Below, piece after piece: positions 18,663 through 29,703 of a DNA stretch of 35,932 bases (position 1 is the first letter of the stretch; the number at the start of each line of letters is the position of its first letter). Location: UHGV virus genome UHGV-1541349, one strand, 5' to 3'. The stretch comes from a virus. Made by a program: the position numbers and the translations under genes. The notes below the pieces were generated by a model. The model was given only the letters and a program-made list of their open reading frames with translations, ran no database searches and had not been told where the DNA came from.

Positions 18663-19289
18663 TTATTCTCCAAAAAAGGTGACTGGCGCTTCCACCAGCG
18701 ATTTAATGCCGTACTCGCGCACGACCTTCCGGCGCAGGCGCACCGTCATGTCGTAGCGGCGAACCCATTGCTGGTTGATAAGTTCGGGGAAAGGGGTCAG
18801 ACCGGTATAGTCGCCCAGAGACAAACCAAGCGCGTTCAGCTCAGCATTGTTTTGCGGGACAGATATGCCATCGCGAAAACGGGACGCATAAGACATACCA
18901 GCCGGGCCATAGAACGACGCCATGCACTCGAACGTTTCATGCCGCCAGAGCTGAGCGCCCTCGTCGGTCTGATTGGTGAATGCAGGGTTGTTATCAATGA
19001 GCAACCCGGTAACGCCAAACGCGCACCAGTTCGTTTCAACGGGTGGCAGTGGCGGCTGATTTTTCTGCCAGCGCGGACGAACCATTCCAGACGGCAAGCC
19101 GGAAACATTGCGCATCCACTGGCTTAACAGCCTGTCTAGCGCTTCGTCATAATCCGGATCGCCGCTGGTGGGTGTCAGCCAGCCGCGCTCTGTGCTGGTG
19201 TTATTGCTCAACGGGAGTTCCCCCATCAAACGGCAGTAATTCGCAATGTGCCTGGACGAAGCCAGCACCGTAAGCCGTGTACGGGTCAA
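18663..19289 (-). CDS. Tail completion / neck protein
   Basis: Called by position. Likely true start is the internal Met near 19226. Confidence 0.35.
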   Translation of the reverse strand: MTRTRLTVLASSRHIANYCRLMGELPLSNNTSTERGWLTPTSGDPDYDEALDRLLSQWMRNVSGLPSGMVRPRWQKNQPPLPPVETNWCAFGVTGLLIDNNPAFTNQTDEGAQLWRHETFECMASFYGPAGMSYASRFRDGISVPQNNAELNALGLSLGDYTGLTPFPELINQQWVRRYDMTVRLRRKVVREYGIKSLVEAPVTFFGE

Positions 19290-19590
19290 CGAATGTCACA
19301 CGATAATCACGGTTCTGGTACGTCACGATATCGGCGTCACGGCCAGTCTGCCCCTGCGTCAGCCGCTCAGTTGTCACGATGAGAATCGCGCCACTGATAA
19401 CCTGGCCGGACTGCATACGTCGGTTTTCCAGGGAGCGGTCAACAGTAACATCCCCGGCAAACTGCTTTTTAACTTCACTGTCGCTGCCGATCCCGTCCTC
19501 ATCCACCGTTTGCACTCGGCGTGTTACCCACAAATTGAAGTCGCAAAAATCGGGGTCAAAAAGCACGTCTGTTACATCAAGATTCGGCAT
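19201..19590 (-). CDS. Head-tail joining protein
   Basis: Called by position in the head-tail connector block. Confidence 0.35.
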   Translation of the reverse strand: MPNLDVTDVLFDPDFCDFNLWVTRRVQTVDEDGIGSDSEVKKQFAGDVTVDRSLENRRMQSGQVISGAILIVTTERLTQGQTGRDADIVTYQNRDYRVTFVDPYTAYGAGFVQAHCELLPFDGGTPVEQ

Positions 19591-20131
19591 CTTTATCCCT
19601 CACAACATGGGTAATGGCTCTGCGATATTGCCCGGTGTCGATTAGTGGTTTCACCAGATCGGTTCCGGGGGACTCACCAGCAGCGCGCCGCGCAAGTTCC
19701 TCTTTTGCCCCTTTGCGCCCACGGCGTGCGCGTGCTTCAACGGTGCTATCAGCAAGCGGTGTAAAGCCGGTAATGGTCATGTAACGCCTGACGCCATTCG
19801 CGGCCAGCGTTCCGGCGCGGTTAAGCGCTCTTTCCGCACCCGCCGCATTTCCATCAAGCGCAGCCTGCGCCGCTGCTTTGAGCTGCGGCACCGTCTGTTC
19901 CTCTACGGATTTAACGCCGGGGATCAGGTGCGGGCGTGGGGGTATGTTTTGCGCTGGTGAGCCGTATTCGTTGACGTAACCGATCCCGGCATTACCAAAC
20001 GGAACATCCTCACGCTCGCTGTCTTCTTCCGGGATGCCCACCAGCACATCCTTTTTGGTTAGCGACCGGAGCGCATCCAGAATGGCCTGAGCGTTATCAA
20101 CCCTCGTTGTTACACCACTTTTGAAACTCAT
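19577..20131 (-). CDS. Virion morphogenesis protein (Mu gpG-like)
   Basis: Called by position and size. Confidence 0.35.
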   Translation of the reverse strand: MSFKSGVTTRVDNAQAILDALRSLTKKDVLVGIPEEDSEREDVPFGNAGIGYVNEYGSPAQNIPPRPHLIPGVKSVEEQTVPQLKAAAQAALDGNAAGAERALNRAGTLAANGVRRYMTITGFTPLADSTVEARARRGRKGAKEELARRAAGESPGTDLVKPLIDTGQYRRAITHVVRDKDAES

Positions 20132-20634
20132 AGCTGGCGACCGCCCGCACCGAACATCGTGATCAGCTGATAAAATTCAGCGCCATATCGGGTGTTATTC
20201 CAGAAGCCTGCGTCAGGGTTTAGCGTCGCGCTGGTGTCATAGCTGACGCTTACCTTGTCAACGGACTTGGAGGACTGAACACCATTGGTTGAGCCACCCG
20301 GGCCGCCGACGAGCATTGCCCGGCTATCTGCCGCCCAGAGCGTCATGTAGTGAGCCACGAACAACTCGACAAAGTACGGAAACAACTCTTTGCCGGTGAC
20401 GTTTTCGCTCAGCAGCACATCAGCCAGATTCAGACGAAACTGGATTTGTGCTTCGGGATATTTGGCAGGGTCAGCAAACTGTGGAAAGTCGCGCCGAAAA
20501 TCACTTACTGTTGGCAGGCTTTGATTCTTTGGCATCTTTCGCCCCATTACCGCCAGTCTGGGCGGCAGCAATCTGCGCTTGCAGGCTGTCGTTCTGCTCT
20601 TGCAGCTTGAGCAGCGCTTCTCGCAGATCGGCAA
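20128..20634 (-). CDS. Head completion / connector protein
   Basis: Called by position. The N-terminus probably starts later (MPKNQSL near 20535) to reduce overlap with the upstream gene. Confidence 0.35.
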   Translation of the reverse strand: MPICEKRCSSCKSRTTACKRRLLPPRLAVMGRKMPKNQSLPTVSDFRRDFPQFADPAKYPEAQIQFRLNLADVLLSENVTGKELFPYFVELFVAHYMTLWAADSRAMLVGGPGGSTNGVQSSKSVDKVSVSYDTSATLNPDAGFWNNTRYGAEFYQLITMFGAGGRQL

Positions 20635-20890
20635 TCAACTGATCTTTATCGATAATCTGCTTATCTTTGTCGGCAATCTGAGCTTGCAGGCTGTCGATAA
20701 TGGGTTGCAGATCATCGGTGTCGCTAATCACGCTTTCGGAAAGCTCGGAGTGCGCCTGGGTGAACCAGTGCGACGCGACCTCTTCCGGTACGTTATGCCG
20801 TCCCCGGCCAAACTCCCTTTTTGACTGATCGCCGAGCGTCAGCGTAAACGGGGTGTGAACATGGATGGTAACCAGCTTTTCTTTCGCCAT
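20501..20890 (-). CDS. Coiled-coil head-associated protein
   Basis: Sits directly after the major capsid gene. Heptad-rich segment [43 protein letters not shown]. Confidence 0.35.
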   Translation of the reverse strand: MAKEKLVTIHVHTPFTLTLGDQSKREFGRGRHNVPEEVASHWFTQAHSELSESVISDTDDLQPIIDSLQAQIADKDKQIIDKDQLIADLREALLKLQEQNDSLQAQIAAAQTGGNGAKDAKESKPANSK

Positions 20891-20931
20891 TTTCAGTTCC
20901 CTTCTGGCCCCTTTCGGGGCCGTTCTGGTTA

Positions 20932-21873
20932 TCAGATACCGTCCACGTAGGACAGGGTTTCTTTGTACACTGGCTCAACCGCACCGAGCTTGCCGTAGTA
21001 GGTCGCAATCTGATACAGACCGCGATACTGGACAGGAACGCTCTGCAACGGCACCAGCGGATAGCGCACGTATTTCTTGTCGTTGGTGTAGGCGATCATA
21101 CGGTCTTTACCGCCAACCCCACGCCCTTTCAGCCATTTGACCGCTTTGATTTCAAGCGGAACGCCGTTCTGGTGGAAAGCGATAGTGTTCACAGCCAGAT
21201 AGGTCAGCAGTGACTGGTTACCCGCTTCGGAAACCTTACGGCTCGCCAGCAGTGAATACTGCTCTGGCGGAATGCGCAGATCAGAAGGCACGATGGAATA
21301 ACCGGATGCTGCCCAGGCATTAGACAGAATGCTGTTCACGCTATCGAGGATCTCGTCGTTGGTTGAGTTCGCCCAGGTCTTCGGCGCGTTGTTCAGCGTC
21401 ACACCGACGAGGTTTGCCAGACCTTTCAGGCCGAGTGCGTCATCACCGATGTAAACCTGCTCGTCGTTGTCCATCTGCCATTTGAGCTGCATCCCGTCGT
21501 ACTTCTGGGTATCAATCGGGCGGCCTACCTGCTGAGCAGCTGCCAGCTCTACAACGGTCCAGCCCAGTTCCATACCCCAGAGGTTCAGTGGATTGCCGTC
21601 TTTGCTGATATCCACGTTCACGCCAGCAATAGCGGTGGAGTCTTTGCCTACCCAGTTTTTACCATTCGGATTTGCACCAGTACCCGCAGCGGCGAAGCTG
21701 GTATTCGTCCAGCTGGAAATGTCATCTGCGATAGACACGTCTTCACGCAGTTGAATATCTCGGGTCCAGGTGTACCCCACCAGAGGCAGGTTCAGCGTCT
21801 GGTCGAGTCGCTCCAGCTCCCCGATGAGAAAGGCACCGGAGCTATCTACGGTTGCCTGATCAAAAGTAATCAT
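20932..21873 (-). CDS. Major capsid protein (Mu gpT-like)
   Basis: 313 aa, located after the protease/scaffold and a small head protein. Confidence 0.6.
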   Translation of the reverse strand: MITFDQATVDSSGAFLIGELERLDQTLNLPLVGYTWTRDIQLREDVSIADDISSWTNTSFAAAGTGANPNGKNWVGKDSTAIAGVNVDISKDGNPLNLWGMELGWTVVELAAAQQVGRPIDTQKYDGMQLKWQMDNDEQVYIGDDALGLKGLANLVGVTLNNAPKTWANSTNDEILDSVNSILSNAWAASGYSIVPSDLRIPPEQYSLLASRKVSEAGNQSLLTYLAVNTIAFHQNGVPLEIKAVKWLKGRGVGGKDRMIAYTNDKKYVRYPLVPLQSVPVQYRGLYQIATYYGKLGAVEPVYKETLSYVDGI

Positions 21874-21884
21874 TTGTCTGTTCC

Positions 21885-22388
21885 TTAAATCTTCCAGGAG
21901 ATTTCTACATTGCCGTTAGCGTCACCGGCCCCTGTGAATTCGGCGTTGGTCAGCGCCACGTTTTTGCCACTGACGGACGTGGACATGAAGCCGCCCAGCG
22001 GCACTTTTATGGATTCATCAGTGGAGACGACAACGTATACCGGGTCGCCTTTTTTGATGGTGCTGGCATCAAAATCAGAACCGAGATTAACGGTCATGTA
22101 GCCACGCTTCATGGCGTCACCCGGGAAGTTCTTATCCGTCCCCACCTGGCGAACCATGTCTGGCTGCGATGTGGTCGGATACGGACGAACGTAGATCCCC
22201 TTCACCTTGTCGGCGGTGTCACCGTCCGCCAGCGGCACGAAAAAGCCGTCAGCGTCATATTTGCCAGCCAGACCATAGGCAGCGAAGGCGTTAGCGGATT
22301 TAAGGATCACCGGTTCGACGGTTAAGTCCTGCGGGCGAGAGATAGCCCCGGCAATGCCAACAGGCATCCGGTACAGATATGCAGTCAT
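21885..22388 (-). CDS. Head structural/decoration-type protein
   Basis: 167 aa directly upstream of the major capsid gene. Called by position. Confidence 0.4.
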   Translation of the reverse strand: MTAYLYRMPVGIAGAISRPQDLTVEPVILKSANAFAAYGLAGKYDADGFFVPLADGDTADKVKGIYVRPYPTTSQPDMVRQVGTDKNFPGDAMKRGYMTVNLGSDFDASTIKKGDPVYVVVSTDESIKVPLGGFMSTSVSGKNVALTNAEFTGAGDANGNVEISWKI

Positions 22389-22392
22389 TGGA

Positions 22393-23625
22393 TTATCCTT
22401 TGCGGTTAGACCAGAAGTCGGCGTTTTGTTTGTTCAGGGAAGCGATGCTTGTCATGCCCATATTTGGACGTTGTGCATCGCCCGTGGTGCTGCGGGTGTT
22501 TCGCCCTTTGGCAATCTCTGACACGGCGTTAAACGCCATATCTACCGATTGCTTGGGCAATTTGCGGATATCCGCATCACCGACAACCTGGCGAACCAGT
22601 GTTTTGTCAGCGGCGGACAGCACATCACGTTTGAACGCGGTCGGTTTCACCTTACGGCTCAGATCGATACCCGGAACGATAACTTCGGCACGATAAGCAG
22701 CGTCACCGGTAATCGTGGTTTCCTCTTCGTCGTCCTCACCGTCGCCGGTAGGGTCTTTGTTATCTTTGCCGTCAGGCTTATCGTCGTTATCGCCCGTTGC
22801 AGTACCTTCCAGCTTAGCCAGCAGGGCTTTGAGCAAGGTTTTGATATCGTCCTCGCCGTCGCCGGTTGGCTCTCCGCCCATTTCCGGCTTTTTGTCCGGC
22901 AATGGTTGTTGCGGTGAAAGATTAATGTTGAGGTTAACGCCGCTCGGCAGATCCCCTTCATCGCCCGTTACCGCCGCTGGCGCAGAGTCCAGCAGTTCGT
23001 TCATGGTGTCAGCATCACCCGTTTTGATGGCCGTGCGCATGCGGGTCCACCAGCTTTTCTTTTGATTTGCCATTGTGTCTCTGTCTCCAATTGCACAACG
23101 ATTTCCGGCTCTGCCTTTAGGGACAAGAGCCACATGGTTTCCGGTAATATCGACCTGCTCGGCTTTTCCGGGTTCGGTCTGCTCGTACTCAGCGTCATAG
23201 CCGCACGACACTTCGCGCAGACCATCTTCGATCAGCTGAATGGCGCTTTCGTCTTTGACGATAAGGTCAGCCAGCATCAAATCAGACTGATCACCAGTCC
23301 CGCGCCGAACGTTCTGAAGATGCCCGACCGCAAGCTCTTTCCAGTTCTCGGGGTTGACCAGCCGCACATTCCCGTTTTCATCTTCAGGATGCAGGATCGT
23401 GATGCTCATCCCTTCGAATGAGGCGAGCGTGGCCGGATGGAATACCTGATCAGGAGAGCGCGTTACGACTATCTCGCCGAGCTTGTCGGGTTTGAGGTTT
23501 GGCAGATCGGCAGCGCCGTAAAGCTGCTTACCCGTTCGACCTATCGGCACGTCTTTGCACAGCAGCGAGCCGTCAGCCAGCTGATAACGGGTTTCCCCCA
23601 GCCGGGTATTGAAAAAATATTTCAT
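22393..23625 (-). CDS. Head maturation protease/scaffold-like protein
   Basis: 410 aa with an acidic, Gly/Asp-rich low-complexity middle region typical of scaffolds. Follows the Mu F-like gene. Confidence 0.45.
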   Translation of the reverse strand: MKYFFNTRLGETRYQLADGSLLCKDVPIGRTGKQLYGAADLPNLKPDKLGEIVVTRSPDQVFHPATLASFEGMSITILHPEDENGNVRLVNPENWKELAVGHLQNVRRGTGDQSDLMLADLIVKDESAIQLIEDGLREVSCGYDAEYEQTEPGKAEQVDITGNHVALVPKGRAGNRCAIGDRDTMANQKKSWWTRMRTAIKTGDADTMNELLDSAPAAVTGDEGDLPSGVNLNINLSPQQPLPDKKPEMGGEPTGDGEDDIKTLLKALLAKLEGTATGDNDDKPDGKDNKDPTGDGEDDEEETTITGDAAYRAEVIVPGIDLSRKVKPTAFKRDVLSAADKTLVRQVVGDADIRKLPKQSVDMAFNAVSEIAKGRNTRSTTGDAQRPNMGMTSIASLNKQNADFWSNRKG

Positions 23626-23639
23626 GGTTTACCTGCGAT

Positions 23640-24413
23640 TCAGGCGAGATAAGAATGAGGGTTGGGGAAGACGATTTCTTTGTAACAGCGGCAGTTCGGG
23701 AGCTCGCCAGCGTGACCGGTCATGCCGTCAAGCGTTGGAGGTCGGCCCCATTCGACAAACTTCCCTTCCATCTCCCGATGAGAATGCCGGACGTCGCCAT
23801 CTTCGGCTGTACGCCAGATATAACCATTCGAGCCGATTGACAGCGCACGCGCCTGATCCAGTGCACCGGTTGCGCGCCCAAGCTCAGTCCGGGCGATAAG
23901 GTTCGCTCGTGAGCGTGACACGTCACCGGAAGCAGCTATCTCTTTCGCGAATGGCTCAGCGCGGCCACCAGTTACTACAGCCTCGATGGCCTTGTTCTGA
24001 ATGTCATACACCCGATCGGCGGCCTCAAGAGGCAGAGATTTGATGTACTTAATTTGCTCGGCGACGATGGATTTCATCACCTGGCCTACCGGGGCGCGGT
24101 CGACCATGTTGCGTAGTTCTGCGCTGATGTTCCGGCTGTGCTGACGCCACTGCTTTTCATTCTGGCGCGCAATGTCGGCGGTGAAGCTCTCAGCAACCTT
24201 AGTCGCCCAGGGGGTGATGATTTCGCTGTAGCGCTCCAGCGCATCCATTATTTCGGTGACGCTATCGTTTGAACCATCGTAGCGACCATTTACGATATCC
24301 CCGACCGCCCGCGCTATCTGCCGTAGGCTCGTTCGATATCGGATCTCCGCCTGGCGGCTCTGGCGGTTTGTCGCCAAGTTCGCCGATGCCTGGCGGCGCT
24401 TCGTCTTCGGCAT
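23640..24413 (-). CDS. Head morphogenesis protein (Mu gpF / SPP1 gp7 family)
   Basis: C-terminal hallmark IWRTAEDGDVRHSHREMEGKF...GELPNCRCY. The ORF overlaps the portal 3' end by about 150 nt, so the start may be internal (Met near 24248). Confidence 0.6.
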   Translation of the reverse strand: MPKTKRRQASANLATNRQSRQAEIRYRTSLRQIARAVGDIVNGRYDGSNDSVTEIMDALERYSEIITPWATKVAESFTADIARQNEKQWRQHSRNISAELRNMVDRAPVGQVMKSIVAEQIKYIKSLPLEAADRVYDIQNKAIEAVVTGGRAEPFAKEIAASGDVSRSRANLIARTELGRATGALDQARALSIGSNGYIWRTAEDGDVRHSHREMEGKFVEWGRPPTLDGMTGHAGELPNCRCYKEIVFPNPHSYLA

Positions 24414-25731
24414 TCTCGATATCCTCGTCGGTAATGGATGCCCCGATGCCGGTGACGTCAGAGTTTTCGCGCAGGTCGGTCATCGCCGCCTTACGCGTCA
24501 TCAATCCGTCGCCCAGCGCGGTACTGATCGCGTTGGTGGTGTTTACGGCCACCGTTGATCGGTCAACGTCTGACATTTGCCATAGCGGGTTAAACTCAAA
24601 CGTGAAATCGTCCGGCAGCGGCTTTCCGAGTTCCGAGCGGTGCATAATGTCCAGTATCCGGCGCATCGGCAACCGTAAGCGGCGCTCCTGCAATGAGCTC
24701 ACCCGGTCGTAATAGTTGGCGAGGTCTGCATCACCAGTAGAGAAGCCTTTCGGGGATTGACCGAACAGGCGGACCAGCGGGATACCAACGGCACCGCTGA
24801 TCTGCTCAGCAAACTGCGAAAGAATGTCATCCAGACCACTAAAGCTGTACTGGTGGGTTTCGAACTTATCCCGCGAGTCCATGAGCGTCATACCTTCATT
24901 GCTCTGGAACTGGCGGATCAGGTCGATGTTCTTCAGCAACGCTTCGAACGCCGGGCCTCCAAGCGCGATAAGCTCGCGCAACTTCTCCACGCTATAGGTA
25001 CGCAGATGCGCTTTATAGACCAGCTGCGCCGCGCCGACAGTAGCGCTATCGAACGCAGTAAGCCGATCCCAGATACGCTCTACAACCGACATTCCCCATT
25101 CGTTTTCGGTCATCTTCTGCTGGAATGGCAGCGTGACGCCATCAAAGCGGATCAGGCGGCTGTGATGGATGCGCCAGGCCGGAATGCCCGTTGCGGTGGT
25201 CACCACGTCGTAAAACTCAGGCTTGCCGAGGTCCGGCCCCATCTCTTTAATGCGGCGTGTCAGCACCGGGTTAATCATCCAGCGGTCGAGCGGGAGAATG
25301 CCCTTAAACTTGCCCTCGCCAATGGTTTCGAGTCGCAGCGGGGTCATTGGTGCCTGCCCCTCGATCATGATGAAGCCGACCGCGCCGCCGTAGAGGCGCG
25401 ACCATTTCAGCACGTCGTTCAGCGCATCCCAGATCTGCAACTCATCCAGTTGCGCTTCGAGGGTGCCACGGTCTTTGGCGTCAATCTCCGAAGTGATGCG
25501 AATGCCCTTTCGGGTCATATCGTCCGGGATAGCGTCGACCGCTTCACCGATAACCCACGAACCGCGATATGACCATTCCACCAGCATGCGGTTGCGGCTG
25601 GTGAAGTTCGCCCGGTAGGTCGATGCTGAATGCTGGTTAGGCGTCTGCATCCCAACGCGGGCGACTAAGTTCTCGTAGCCGTCAGCGGTGGCCTGTGCCG
25701 TTCGCTGAGAGGATTGCTTGTTTCGTGCCAT
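24262..25731 (-). CDS. Portal protein
   Basis: 489 aa immediately downstream of the large terminase gene. Confidence 0.55.
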   Translation of the reverse strand: MARNKQSSQRTAQATADGYENLVARVGMQTPNQHSASTYRANFTSRNRMLVEWSYRGSWVIGEAVDAIPDDMTRKGIRITSEIDAKDRGTLEAQLDELQIWDALNDVLKWSRLYGGAVGFIMIEGQAPMTPLRLETIGEGKFKGILPLDRWMINPVLTRRIKEMGPDLGKPEFYDVVTTATGIPAWRIHHSRLIRFDGVTLPFQQKMTENEWGMSVVERIWDRLTAFDSATVGAAQLVYKAHLRTYSVEKLRELIALGGPAFEALLKNIDLIRQFQSNEGMTLMDSRDKFETHQYSFSGLDDILSQFAEQISGAVGIPLVRLFGQSPKGFSTGDADLANYYDRVSSLQERRLRLPMRRILDIMHRSELGKPLPDDFTFEFNPLWQMSDVDRSTVAVNTTNAISTALGDGLMTRKAAMTDLRENSDVTGIGASITDEDIENAEDEAPPGIGELGDKPPEPPGGDPISNEPTADSAGGRGYRKWSLRWFKR

Positions 25732-27359
25732 CAGGCCTGTCTCCCTAGCAGCTCCCAGATGTTCAGGGCTGAATTCATTGGCGCGTAGCTGATCATCACC
25801 GAGTCGGCGAGGTTCGGCGACTTGGTGCCATCAGGCTGTTTATCAACAACGATTTTCCCCACGCCGTTAATGGAGTAGGTCGGCTGCGACAGCTCGATGA
25901 TGAGTTTGTCTTTGCTCGCCATGGCGCTGCTGATTGAGATGATTTCGTCCGGGTTGTAGGCCATGCCCTCAACCACGGCGCGATAGGTGTTCTGGAAAAG
26001 CTTGCGTAGCCACCACCAGCTCTGGGCCTTGGCGTTGGCGAAGAAGTCCTTGTTCAGGCGTGCGGCCTGTCCGTTGTCCCCGCGCACCGCTTCATCGTCC
26101 GGATCAAATACCGCGCCGCTACCACGAAACGGTGTGGCGAGTATTGACGGTCGGCGCGCAGCGTTACGCAGTTCGTTGATGGCGCGTGCATCGCCGCGAA
26201 CGCCAGCGCCCAGGCCGTCCTCGTCGAAGCGAAATTCTTCGAGGTTGTCCTGTTCGCAAAAGCCGAAGACCTTCTCAACGGACTGGTAAATGTCGCTGCC
26301 CACGCCGGACCATTCACGCACGTTCTCCAGAAGGAAGCCGTGACGGGTCGAAAAGGCATTTTTGTCCCGGCCTTCGTCGGCGACGTCCATCGCGCCCAGT
26401 CGCTTGCCCGTTGGCTGAATACCAAGTTTGATATGCGCGTCGACGGCAGCCTGTACCCAGTCGGACGGGATCAGGACGCCTTCCGCAGATGCGCTGTAGT
26501 TCAGGTCAAGTTCCTGCGCCACCACCACCGGATTGTCGATTTTCTCGCACTCCCTGCGATACCACTCTTCATCCTTGCGAGGATCATCCCGCCAGTGGAA
26601 TGTGAATACCGGTATCTTCCCGCCGTGACGCTTCTGCGCGAACGGGTTCGCCATGCCATTAACCGAGCTCAGGTCAATACGGCAACGGGTGGTTTGCGAC
26701 AGCGCCGCATCAATCAACAGAGGACGCTGGAGGAATGCAGCTTCATCCACCAGGTAGAGCGTGGTACGGTCACCACGACCGATATTGTCGCCAGCCTCGC
26801 CTTTGATGACCGCGCCAGTATCGGGAAACTCAACGCGCATATACGGCGCATGCTTCTTCTCGTCCCACGAACCACGAAACTCGATGGGCAGTGTTTCCAC
26901 GAACTTTCGCGCCTTCCAGAACAGCGCCTTCGGGTCACCGGTGCTGTCGACGTATTCCTCTTTACGGGAGCCGAAACCGATAACCATTTCTTTGTTGAAG
27001 AGACAAAGCGAGCAGGCCAGCCCGATCGCGGTCCAACTGAGCCCCATTTCGCGGCTCTTTTCGGTGATGCCGTTCTCCAGTCGTTCGCGCCGCTCCATGA
27101 TCCAGTGAATCCACTCTTCCTGTTTCGGGAACAGCAGAAAAGGGATGGTGACCGGCAGGCCATAATCGATGTTACGCGGGTCAGTAGTCATACCCCAGTC
27201 GATGATGAACTGTGCCGGGTTGGTGCGATAAAACTGCTTTAGCGCTGGCAGCATTTCAGGGTTCTGGCGAATGCGCTGTAAGCGCTCCATCCGCCATTCA
27301 AAAACCATCTGGTAATCAGGGTTTCTGAAATCGAATTCAAACGGGAGAGGCATGATCAC
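25731..27359 (-). CDS. Terminase large subunit
   Basis: 542 aa with an N-terminal ATPase-like region and a C-terminal nuclease-like region (LYLVDEAAF). Position is upstream of the portal. Confidence 0.65.
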   Translation of the reverse strand: MIMPLPFEFDFRNPDYQMVFEWRMERLQRIRQNPEMLPALKQFYRTNPAQFIIDWGMTTDPRNIDYGLPVTIPFLLFPKQEEWIHWIMERRERLENGITEKSREMGLSWTAIGLACSLCLFNKEMVIGFGSRKEEYVDSTGDPKALFWKARKFVETLPIEFRGSWDEKKHAPYMRVEFPDTGAVIKGEAGDNIGRGDRTTLYLVDEAAFLQRPLLIDAALSQTTRCRIDLSSVNGMANPFAQKRHGGKIPVFTFHWRDDPRKDEEWYRRECEKIDNPVVVAQELDLNYSASAEGVLIPSDWVQAAVDAHIKLGIQPTGKRLGAMDVADEGRDKNAFSTRHGFLLENVREWSGVGSDIYQSVEKVFGFCEQDNLEEFRFDEDGLGAGVRGDARAINELRNAARRPSILATPFRGSGAVFDPDDEAVRGDNGQAARLNKDFFANAKAQSWWWLRKLFQNTYRAVVEGMAYNPDEIISISSAMASKDKLIIELSQPTYSINGVGKIVVDKQPDGTKSPNLADSVMISYAPMNSALNIWELLGRQA

Positions 27360-27829
27360 CCCATCATCTTGCGGTAAATCTCTGCGGCCTGATCTGCAGT
27401 GAGATTGGTCGTCTCGGTCTTGATCGGGCCGCCATCCTTGCCGGTGCTCTCAACCTTCAGCTTATTGGTGTAAGCGTCGCCAACCTCTTTCGCGGCCTGT
27501 TCAATCAGCTGCGCCGTCAGGGAGAAGTTTTTCATCCCCTCGGTTTTGGTTGCCATGCGGTCAAGCACGCGGAGGCGATAGGATTTGTTCGCTATCGGAA
27601 TGTCGCTGGTTTCGGTCAGGAACCGTTCGCGCGTCGCGTGGAACATCTCGATCCACTTTTTGGCGAGCGTCTTACCGCTGGCCTTCGTGGGGTCGTGAGA
27701 TTCAGCCTGCTGGCGGGTGATCTTGATCCCAAATTCTTTTTGGACAGCCTCGACCACCTGCGATGGCGTGTCATAGCACGCAAGCGACTGAATGATGAAG
27801 GCTTTCACATCAGGTTTTAATGCAGCCAT
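27356..27829 (-). CDS. Terminase small subunit (putative)
   Basis: 157 aa, stop overlaps the large terminase start. Confidence 0.45.
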   Translation of the reverse strand: MAALKPDVKAFIIQSLACYDTPSQVVEAVQKEFGIKITRQQAESHDPTKASGKTLAKKWIEMFHATRERFLTETSDIPIANKSYRLRVLDRMATKTEGMKNFSLTAQLIEQAAKEVGDAYTNKLKVESTGKDGGPIKTETTNLTADQAAEIYRKMMG

Positions 27830-27860
27830 AAATCACCATTCGTCTTATACAGTCCAGTAT

Positions 27861-28517
27861 TTAAGCCAGTCGCAGCATGCACGTCCCGCACGCTCTGGCA
27901 ATATCGAGATGAGCAACCTCCGCTGGCTGATTCGCCGCATCAATCATTTCCTGCACGTCCCGGCTTGCACCGTAACGGCGAACCACGCCCACAAACTCTT
28001 CCACGTCATGACCGCGCAGCTTCAGCTTTGGCTGCCCTTCCTGCGTGAACTTCGGCGCACCAAATTCATCTGTCGCTTGGCAGATGTGATAAAGCTCGTG
28101 CTCTATCAGCGCGCAGAATTCCAGATCGGAACATTGCGAGCAGTAATCGGCGGCCAGCGTGATGATGAACTGCGGCACCCTGCCGAACCATTCATACATC
28201 TGCTGCTCCATCCGCGCTTTCTGCCAGCCTCCGGCCCGCATTGCCACTTCTTCCGCCTGCCCCAGCACGGAACGCCCTTTCTTCTCGAAAGCGTTCGATG
28301 CCCAGAGAAAGCACAGATCCGCTTCAAGCAAATGCTGGTGGTCATGGTTGTAGAGGTCACCCTCATCGCTCAGGATGTGCTGATTCAGCCACTCGCCAAC
28401 GTCATTAGCGGGCATAATGCTGATGTACGGCTTCGGGTCAGGTGGCATCGTAAAATGCGCTGGTGGGTGTGGTCTGTTCATGAATAATTCCAGTGCTCCA
28501 TTATCGAAGCCCCTCAA
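27861..28517 (-). CDS. HExxH-motif protein, putative zinc metallopeptidase
   Basis: Contains IEHELYHI (an HExxH zinc-binding motif). Lies between the Rha gene and the terminase genes. Confidence 0.45.
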   Translation of the reverse strand: MRGFDNGALELFMNRPHPPAHFTMPPDPKPYISIMPANDVGEWLNQHILSDEGDLYNHDHQHLLEADLCFLWASNAFEKKGRSVLGQAEEVAMRAGGWQKARMEQQMYEWFGRVPQFIITLAADYCSQCSDLEFCALIEHELYHICQATDEFGAPKFTQEGQPKLKLRGHDVEEFVGVVRRYGASRDVQEMIDAANQPAEVAHLDIARACGTCMLRLA

Positions 28518-28541
28518 TGAAGGGCTTCTGTAATGCCGCGA

Positions 28542-29096
28542 TCAGCCAATAAGTAATTCCGGCTGCGTTACCTGCATGATGTGCTCATGTTCGAGCTCCA
28601 GGACGCGCTTCTCTTTCTTCCGCTCGTTCATCAAACGGCTTCCGATCGTGCCTTTCAGCTTTGAGCGCGTTTCTTTGATGGCGTAGCGATGCTGCAATTC
28701 TTCACCCATCGCCATGCGCCGGTTTAGCTGCTCGGCCATCCAGTTGAAGGCATTGATGTAACACTCCTTCACTGCGGCAGCTGTTTTGCCAGTGAATCCC
28801 ATCACTAGCATCATGCATCCGTCGCGGGTGATGTTATACATAGGCTGAACATCGCCATTTTTATCAATGAAATCAATGGGCGCAAAATTGCGCTGGGTGA
28901 AGTCATCGGAGCATTTCAGGTTACGTATGGCACGCAAAACGTCTTTGTGTCGCTTGCCAAAGTAATCCGCCACCTTGAGTGATGTGGTGATTATCTTGTT
29001 GTCGAGGGTCGTGACCATTTCGCGGAAGTCGAAGGCCGGAATAACTGACGGATTATTCATAGCGTCTTTACCTTTTAGAAAGTGAGCCTGTCTCAC
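28542..29096 (-). CDS. Phage regulatory protein, Rha family
   Basis: N-terminal TTSLKVADYFGKRHKDVLRAIRNL signature of the Rha family. Probable start at the internal Met (MNNPSV) near 29060. Confidence 0.6.
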   Translation of the reverse strand: MRQAHFLKGKDAMNNPSVIPAFDFREMVTTLDNKIITTSLKVADYFGKRHKDVLRAIRNLKCSDDFTQRNFAPIDFIDKNGDVQPMYNITRDGCMMLVMGFTGKTAAAVKECYINAFNWMAEQLNRRMAMGEELQHRYAIKETRSKLKGTIGSRLMNERKKEKRVLELEHEHIMQVTQPELLIG

Positions 29097-29207
29097 AGAA
29101 AAGCCGCCCCGAGATGGTCGCCACCATATACGGCAGTTCTCAGGCTCAACTTTCTGAAAGGCTCGGGTGATGTAATATGCGCGTGAGATGCGCTGTGAAA
29201 TTCAGAT

Positions 29208-29236
29208 GTAAAAAAAGCCCCGCATCGCGAGGCTCA
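29208..29236 (-). terminator. Rho-independent terminator after the lysis cassette
   Basis: Minus-strand hairpin gcctcgc-gat-gcggggc (one G.U pair) followed by a T7-8 run, about 30 nt downstream of the Rz stop. Confidence 0.5.
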
Positions 29237-29265
29237 TTAAATTGACTTTGTGATTTGCAAAAAAA

Positions 29266-29703
29266 TTATTTCAGGCATTGCGTCCTGATGTATTCCTGCA
29301 GGTAGTTAACCTGCGCGGTTATCCTGTCGATTCCGCTTCGGAGACGGTAATAATTGAGTTCAGCATCTGCTGTAAGTCTTGGGCTTTCTCCATCGCCCAT
29401 GCTGCTGGCTCCGGTCGTTGACTTTGCACAGGTGGCGGCGACTTGCAGGCGCTTACGACCAGCAGAAACATCAGCACGGAGGCTTTCGATAGTCGCGTTA
29501 GCATCAGCAAGCTCCTTTGTATATCTGGCGTCGAGTTCTGCTACGTCACGTTGACGCTTCTGCATATCAGCGATAGTGGATGCGGCTTTGTCGCGCTGCT
29601 CTTTGTAGGCGATGGCGTTATCACGGTAATGATTAACAGCCCATGACAGGCAGACGATGATGCAGATAACCAGAGCGGAGATAATCGCGGTTACTCTGCT
29701 CAT
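29266..29703 (-). CDS. Rz: i-spanin Rz
   Basis: N-terminal transmembrane segment plus coiled-coil, directly after the endolysin, with an embedded Rz1 frame. Confidence 0.8.
   Translation of the reverse strand: MSRVTAIISALVICIIVCLSWAVNHYRDNAIAYKEQRDKAASTIADMQKRQRDVAELDARYTKELADANATIESLRADVSAGRKRLQVAATCAKSTTGASSMGDGESPRLTADAELNYYRLRSGIDRITAQVNYLQEYIRTQCLK
29319..29510 (-). CDS. Rz1: o-spanin Rz1 (lipoprotein embedded out of frame in Rz)
   Basis: Signal peptide with lipobox (LLVVSAC) followed by a Pro-rich mature part, entirely within Rz in a different frame. Confidence 0.7.
   Translation of the reverse strand: MLMLTRLSKASVLMFLLVVSACKSPPPVQSQRPEPAAWAMEKAQDLQQMLNSIITVSEAESTG

Noticed and set aside
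24757-25572. 271-aa plus-strand ORF inside the portal gene region; similar long plus-strand ORFs at 26340-27242, 27792-28487, 7680-8225 and 9304-9744
   Set aside because: All are antisense to densely packed, well-supported minus-strand structural genes. They have Arg/Ala-rich low-complexity translations typical of spurious ORFs in GC-rich antisense frames, and no RBS or motif support.
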